A DNA stretch of 63,652 nt, the filler included, from Deltaproteobacteria bacterium (GTDB taxonomy: Bacteria; JAEEML01), in NCBI GenBank assembly GCA_016283195.1. It is 6 parts of 6 records of this genome, joined end to end, with 100 filler letters (N's around TTAATTAATTAA, not from the genome) between each part and the next. Parts side by side here need not be neighbours in the genome. Positions count along the whole stretch, not along the records: positions 58,881 to 63,652 come from JAEEML010000108.1; 5 more parts are not named here. One strand, written 5' to 3'. Each line of letters begins with the position of its first letter. The first letter of the stretch is position 1. Made by a program: the position numbers and the translations under genes. This document shows positions 58,881 to 63,652 of the stretch, piece by piece. Under the pieces are notes generated by a model. That model worked only from the letters and a program-made list of their open reading frames with translations, was not told where the DNA came from and did no database searches.

Positions 58881-60964
58881 AAATCGCGGCCATATTTATT
58901 TTTTGATTCGGTGAGATCCCAGCCGCAGTCTTCATAAGACTTTTCAATGGCCTCTTTTAAGACGGCGGGCATGGCGGCATACATGGGCCAGGCGGCGTTG
59001 AAAATCTCAATGAGGCGGTCCAGGTGTTCCAAAATGTGAATATTATTCGCCGCTTCGCCCTCTCCGTGCGGGAAGGAAAATGGATTTAGGCGCAGGAGCG
59101 TGCTGATAGTCTTATTGGTGCCAAAAACCTTCGCTCCGTTTGTGCCAAAGAAGTGCTTATATTCGCCCTTGGCCGGTTCGATGACCAGAAATTTGACGCC
59201 CAAATCGCGGGCATTATTCAGTATTTTATAGACAGTATTTGATTTGCCGCTGCCGGTAGAGCCGGTAATGAAGGTGTGCGAGCAGAGGCTTTTTGTTTCC
59301 AAAGCAACCGGCAGTGCCTCCTCTTGGTTCATGTGCCAGATGTTGCCCAGATGTATAGAGTAATATTTATTAGTCGGGCCGGCGGTGTTGTAATTGGAGA
59401 CGGTGCGGCCAAATTCAGCACATTCCAAAACTGGTAGCCCGGGCAGGGAGTGTAGCGGCAGACCGGCATGAATAGCCAGCTCCGAACTGCTGATGAGCGT
59501 GCCTGGGGTGACACTTGGCAGGTTGCCAATTTTTATTACCGGGTGCTCCATATAACGCAATGCCTGCATAATTTGCGCTGACTGTTCTTCATCCCAGGCA
59601 ATTACCGCCCCATTTTCCAGCGATGAATTTTTGCCGCGCACAATAGAATAATAGCTGTTGGCAGCCAGTTGGGCAGTACTTGGGTTTTCTGAAATGCAAT
59701 AAGCGGCGCAGTTCCACATACCGAGATCGGCCGAAGTTTCATAGCGCTCCAACATTTTGTCGATGCGTTTTAACATTTCTTTAATGGTTTTGTTTTCAAA
59801 TTTTACCTGCACACTTTCGCTGGTGCCGCTGGAAGTGCCCTCAGAGTAGCCGGTAGATTTTGAAGTGCCACTGGTGGAGCCCTCAGAGTAGCTAGTAGAT
59901 TTTGAAGAGCTGTTGGTAGTTGATTTAGATGATGTGTCGGAGGTGTTTGTTCCTTTTGTTTCGGATTTGTTTTTACTAACATTTACTGACAAGCCCGCAC
60001 CTAATGCGCTACCAAGTCCTCCTAAAATTATTCCTCCAGCTGGGCCAGCCGTAACAGTACCAATTGCAGCACCCAATCCGGCAAGTATAGTACCAGGATT
60101 AAAGTTTACTCCTTTATTACTGCCTGTGGTTTTACTAGATGATTCACCTTCCGTGTGACTTATGGTGTTACTAGTGCTTTTTGATTCTCCCACTGTGTGG
60201 CTAATTGTATTAGTGACGCTCTCACTGATAGTGTCGGTGAGTGAATCAGTTATGGTTTTGCTCTCATTAGTTCCGACTGTTTGCTGGGATTCACTGAATG
60301 GCATTAGCGCCGAAGCCAGAGTCTCTAAATTACTGCGCGCCCCTTTTATTTCCATTGGACTCTTTGAGTCGGCAATGATTAGCAGGGTATATTCCTGGCC
60401 TTGCATGGTATCGGCAAATTTTTCCAAGCCCTGAATAAAAGCGTGTTCTTTGTCCTCTTTTTCGCTGCGCAGACCGGCTACTGTGGTTACCGAAGTAACA
60501 TAAGCCGAGTCGGGGAGGGCGCTTTCAATGAGCTCTTGTGCGGCCTCTTTTTTAAGTGGATGTTTATCAAGCTTGGAACCTGGAAAGTGTCCTAAAATAT
60601 TACGTTTTAGAACATCGCTGTATTCACCGATATCAGCATGTTTTATGCCGAGAGTAATGGAAACAGCGTTTTTGCTGCCCCGCAGCAACATGATAAAACT
60701 GCTTCCGGCACTGCTTAAGGCATTGAAAACCGAGGCCAATTTATCGCGGCTGTTCTCATTTTTGTTTAAGACAAGTTGCGTTAAGTTAAAAAAGCGAACC
60801 TGTTCGTTTAGAGTGTTGATATCTAGTTCTTTTTCTGCTGGAGAAACAATAATCTCTCCTTGATTTAAAACATCCAGATAGACTTTTTCCAGGAGAATAT
60901 CGGCCATAGCCAAATTGCTATCTAGGTCTTTTTCTGTGTTTAAAGCTGGGGCGCTTGCACTCAT
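58881..60964 (-). CDS. HerA/DUF87/VirB4-like P-loop ATPase with Ser/Thr-rich and glycine-zipper insert, 3'-truncated
   Basis: HTFITGSTGSGKSNT Walker A, FLVIEPAKGEY, LRLNPF. Confidence 0.85.
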
Positions 60965-61085
60965 TATTCTCTCCCTCTTAGTTTGTGATATTGCTTGGTT
61001 AAAATGTCATCAAGTTCTTGGCCGCCGAGTGATTGTAAAAATCTATGTCCATGGTTCTTTAAGTCACGTTTTATTTTATTTAGGC

Positions 61086-61706
61086 CTATTTCTTCTTCGT
61101 GATATTTTTCACCACCGCTACTACTGTGGCGCCCACTGCCGCACCCGCTATTGCCCAACCGATTACCGGTATCAAAGTTATTGGTGCGCGAGCTATTGTC
61201 AGTGCTATTCCCGCACCTATTACTGTTCCCGCTCCTGCTCCCAGCCCGGCTTCTACCGGAATGGCTTGGCACTTTTTTGGTGTTACGCGGCTTTGAGTTG
61301 CTTTTGGGGGTGTTTCCGGAGCCGGAGGAGTTTTTTTTTCAGCCGCTTGCTCTTGATCTTTCTTGTCTTGGGCAATAATGGTTCTACCCATTTTTTTAAG
61401 ATCTTCTAGTTTCTTTTTAGAAAAATTGATCCGCAAATTCCCGGCTAGAGCGTCTAAATTTTCTTCGGTTGGTATGGTGCTATATTCTGCTCCATCATCC
61501 TCTTGGAATAATTCGTCTTCCGTTATTCCATTTTTTAGAACATATTCAAAGTCACCTTCAAAAAAACTATTAAATTCTTCATCAGTTGCTCCGAGTACGC
61601 TACATAATAATCCACGAATATAATCAATGTTTTTTGCTGAAACTGCCTCTTCTACTGCTTTACGAACCATGTTGTTCTCCTTCTTATTTGACGAGTAGTA
61701 ACTCAT
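61086..61706 (-). CDS. Hypothetical protein with C-terminal glycine-zipper membrane hairpin
   Basis: AGLGAGAGTVIGAGIA...IGWAIAGAAVGATVV; overlaps dynamin stop. Confidence 0.75.
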   Translation of the reverse strand: MSYYSSNKKENNMVRKAVEEAVSAKNIDYIRGLLCSVLGATDEEFNSFFEGDFEYVLKNGITEDELFQEDDGAEYSTIPTEENLDALAGNLRINFSKKKLEDLKKMGRTIIAQDKKDQEQAAEKKTPPAPETPPKATQSRVTPKKCQAIPVEAGLGAGAGTVIGAGIALTIARAPITLIPVIGWAIAGAAVGATVVAVVKNITKKK

Positions 61707-63652
61707 TTAATTTAGATTTAAAGCTGTTAATCCAATCCAGATCCTGGTTGTTTTTGGCAATTCTTTTTTCGAGCTCCTTTTCATTAACTATTAAAGCTTG
61801 TTTTTCTTGCAATTTTTCTTTTAAAGCGCCTTCGATTTTATCGAATTGTTGCCTAAATGATTCTTTTAATTCTTTTTCTTGCTTTGCAGACCAATCACGA
61901 GCAAGTGCACTTGCCTCACCCATTATTTTATCAGCCCTGGGGTATAGTGATTCATTTTTTAATCTAGCCAAATCTATAAATTCTTGATCCTCATAATCTG
62001 TAACTGTTCTATAGACATCAACATCATCATAACCGGCATGATTAAAAGAAAATACTCTTTTGAAACCACCCCAAAATCCCTTTTGTTTTACTTTGCGTGT
62101 TCCGGCGTATTCTTGGTGTGAGCCAACAACTACCGATTTAGTATATGTAAAGTCGTCACAAACATCTTGAACGGATAAAGTGCTGGTATCACCAAAAATA
62201 GCGGCTACCGGTTGCTGGTACTCAAAATCACCAACAAGTTCTTGTAAATAATTGTTGTATTCTTCTACATAATCTTCTGCTTGTTTTACGATTGAGTCCT
62301 GTAATGCTATTTCCAATTGGCTTGTCATATCAAGAATTAAACTGTTAAATTCATTTTCAAATTTTTTAATTATATTATTGCCTTGATTAATATGAACAGA
62401 GTCAGATGGGATGTTCTTGAATAGTTTATTTCGCTTATTGTTGAATTTTTCTTGTAAAGATTTTAGCTGTTTATCTATTTCCGATTTTGAGCTTAATCTT
62501 TCAATTTTTTCTTTTAAAGTATTAGCCATATCCCCTTTATTTAAGGCCTCCGTAATGTTCTCTAACTGTTCGGCCATTTTTTTAGCGGCTTTTTTATTGT
62601 TTTTTAATTCACTAATGGTGCTGGCCTCAATATTTAGAGCCTCTAATTTCTGTTGAAATGTTTCCACTCCGTCACTTATTTTTCGCGGCAAGGCATATTT
62701 GGCCAGATATTCCTCCATGGCGATTTCTATAGCCGGTACGCCGGAATAGATAAGTGCCAGTTGGTCGCGATTGCCCTCTTTTTTTGCTTGTTCAAGGCGA
62801 GCATCTAATTCTTGTTTGCTACCAGCAGTCAGGAAACTGGCAAATTTATTAAAGTGCATTGACTCTTCTTCGATAAAATAGTCGATGTCGGAATTAAGAT
62901 TACGTTTCTCCTTGGCTGTTAATGTTGGATCATCATTCAGACGTTGGCGAATGCGCTTGGCTAGATAGGCAGACGCCGGAAAAATGCGGGGATTTTCAAT
63001 ACCTTTGCTCTCTAGGTACTCTCTGTTCTTAGCTATAAGTTTGCTGACTGTTTCGCCTTTACCTTCGTCCAGTTCGTCGGCCTTGTTCAAAACAAAGATA
63101 AAGCGATCTTTGCTCTGTCGGTCGCCTTTTTGAGTAATTTCAGCAACTTTATCCAGTAGTGTACTGTCATCATCGGTGGCGTTTTGTGTGGCGTTTAATA
63201 CGTAAACGATGAGCGGTTTCTGAGTTGAATCATTGAGCAGGCCCATTGTGTGCGCTTTGTGCTCATCAGTGCGGGAATTGTTTGGTCCTGGAGTGTCGGT
63301 TAGAGCCAGGCGAATTTGCGAGGAATCAATGCCGGGAATATCGCCAAAAATCTCAATTCTGGAAGTCGGTGCTTTGTCAATATTATTCAGATCTTCCATA
63401 TTGTCGGGTGTTAGCGGGTCACATGTAACCAGCTCATTGCCATCGGCATCATAAGATATAGCCTTAAAAGAGTCCATGTCATCGCAATCATGAATTCTGG
63501 CAATAGTGGCAGTAGTGGCCTCGTTGCGGGCTGGTAAAAGCTCACGGCCCAGCATGGCATTAATTAGGGTTGATTTACCGCTACTCATGGTAGCAACAAC
63601 AGCCATTTCAAATTCTGCTTCTGTGGCATTTGTAAAGTCTGCCAGAAGTTTC
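61684..63652 (-). CDS. Bacterial dynamin-like GTPase, 5' end beyond window
   Basis: VVATMSSGKSTLINAMLG (G1), ATTA (G2), DTPG (G3), LNKAD (G4), long helical C-terminus. Confidence 0.9.
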   Translation of the reverse strand, partial: KLLADFTNATEAEFEMAVVATMSSGKSTLINAMLGRELLPARNEATTATIARIHDCDDMDSFKAISYDADGNELVTCDPLTPDNMEDLNNIDKAPTSRIEIFGDIPGIDSSQIRLALTDTPGPNNSRTDEHKAHTMGLLNDSTQKPLIVYVLNATQNATDDDSTLLDKVAEITQKGDRQSKDRFIFVLNKADELDEGKGETVSKLIAKNREYLESKGIENPRIFPASAYLAKRIRQRLNDDPTLTAKEKRNLNSDIDYFIEEESMHFNKFASFLTAGSKQELDARLEQAKKEGNRDQLALIYSGVPAIEIAMEEYLAKYALPRKISDGVETFQQKLEALNIEASTISELKNNKKAAKKMAEQLENITEALNKGDMANTLKEKIERLSSKSEIDKQLKSLQEKFNNKRNKLFKNIPSDSVHINQGNNIIKKFENEFNSLILDMTSQLEIALQDSIVKQAEDYVEEYNNYLQELVGDFEYQQPVAAIFGDTSTLSVQDVCDDFTYTKSVVVGSHQEYAGTRKVKQKGFWGGFKRVFSFNHAGYDDVDVYRTVTDYEDQEFIDLARLKNESLYPRADKIMGEASALARDWSAKQEKELKESFRQQFDKIEGALKEKLQEKQALIVNEKELEKRIAKNNQDLDWINSFKSKLNELLLVK

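Noticed and set aside
57050-60964. HExxH array and HerA/dynamin genes as a single operon
   Set aside because: Separated by a contig linker; adjacency is artificial
60964-61272. 102-aa ORF between the glycine-zipper gene and the ATPase
   Set aside because: Mostly an alternative frame of 61086-61706; no RBS or motif, though a frameshifted tail cannot be excluded

Overview
The window is six assembly contigs joined by N-spacers that carry TTAATTAATTAA (about 17513-17612, 29320-29419, 35916-36015, 48170-48269, 58781-58880), so adjacency across those joins means nothing. Gene content points to a moderate-GC Myxococcota/deltaproteobacterial genome (GltD/GltE-like TPR pair, Myxococcus-type Cys-rich repeat, ExbD/Agl-like domains, extended GlmS); FISUMP proteins hint at a gut or rumen habitat (inference). 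Housekeeping genes: folC, tkt, prs, tRNA-Gln(TTG), tRNA-Arg(CCT), copA/copZ, glmS, an RND pump, leuS 3' end, rnpB, rplS. The most notable accessory features are: (1) a tandem array of three paralogous HExxH proteins, two with a shared non-Sec 'M(I/V)SGIGGQS' leader, interleaved with a small lipoprotein (candidate effector/immunity locus); (2) a ~310-330 bp non-coding element present on two contigs with compensatory base changes in its hairpins, whose end also truncates a restriction gene; (3) an MMPL + PhnD-like + TPR-lipoprotein operon with the BstABC sterol-transport architecture; (4) a dynamin + glycine-zipper + HerA-like ATPase operon; (5) a tandemly amplified, scrambled restriction-modification locus with swappable cargo genes. 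All family calls come from motif recognition by eye; no searches were run.
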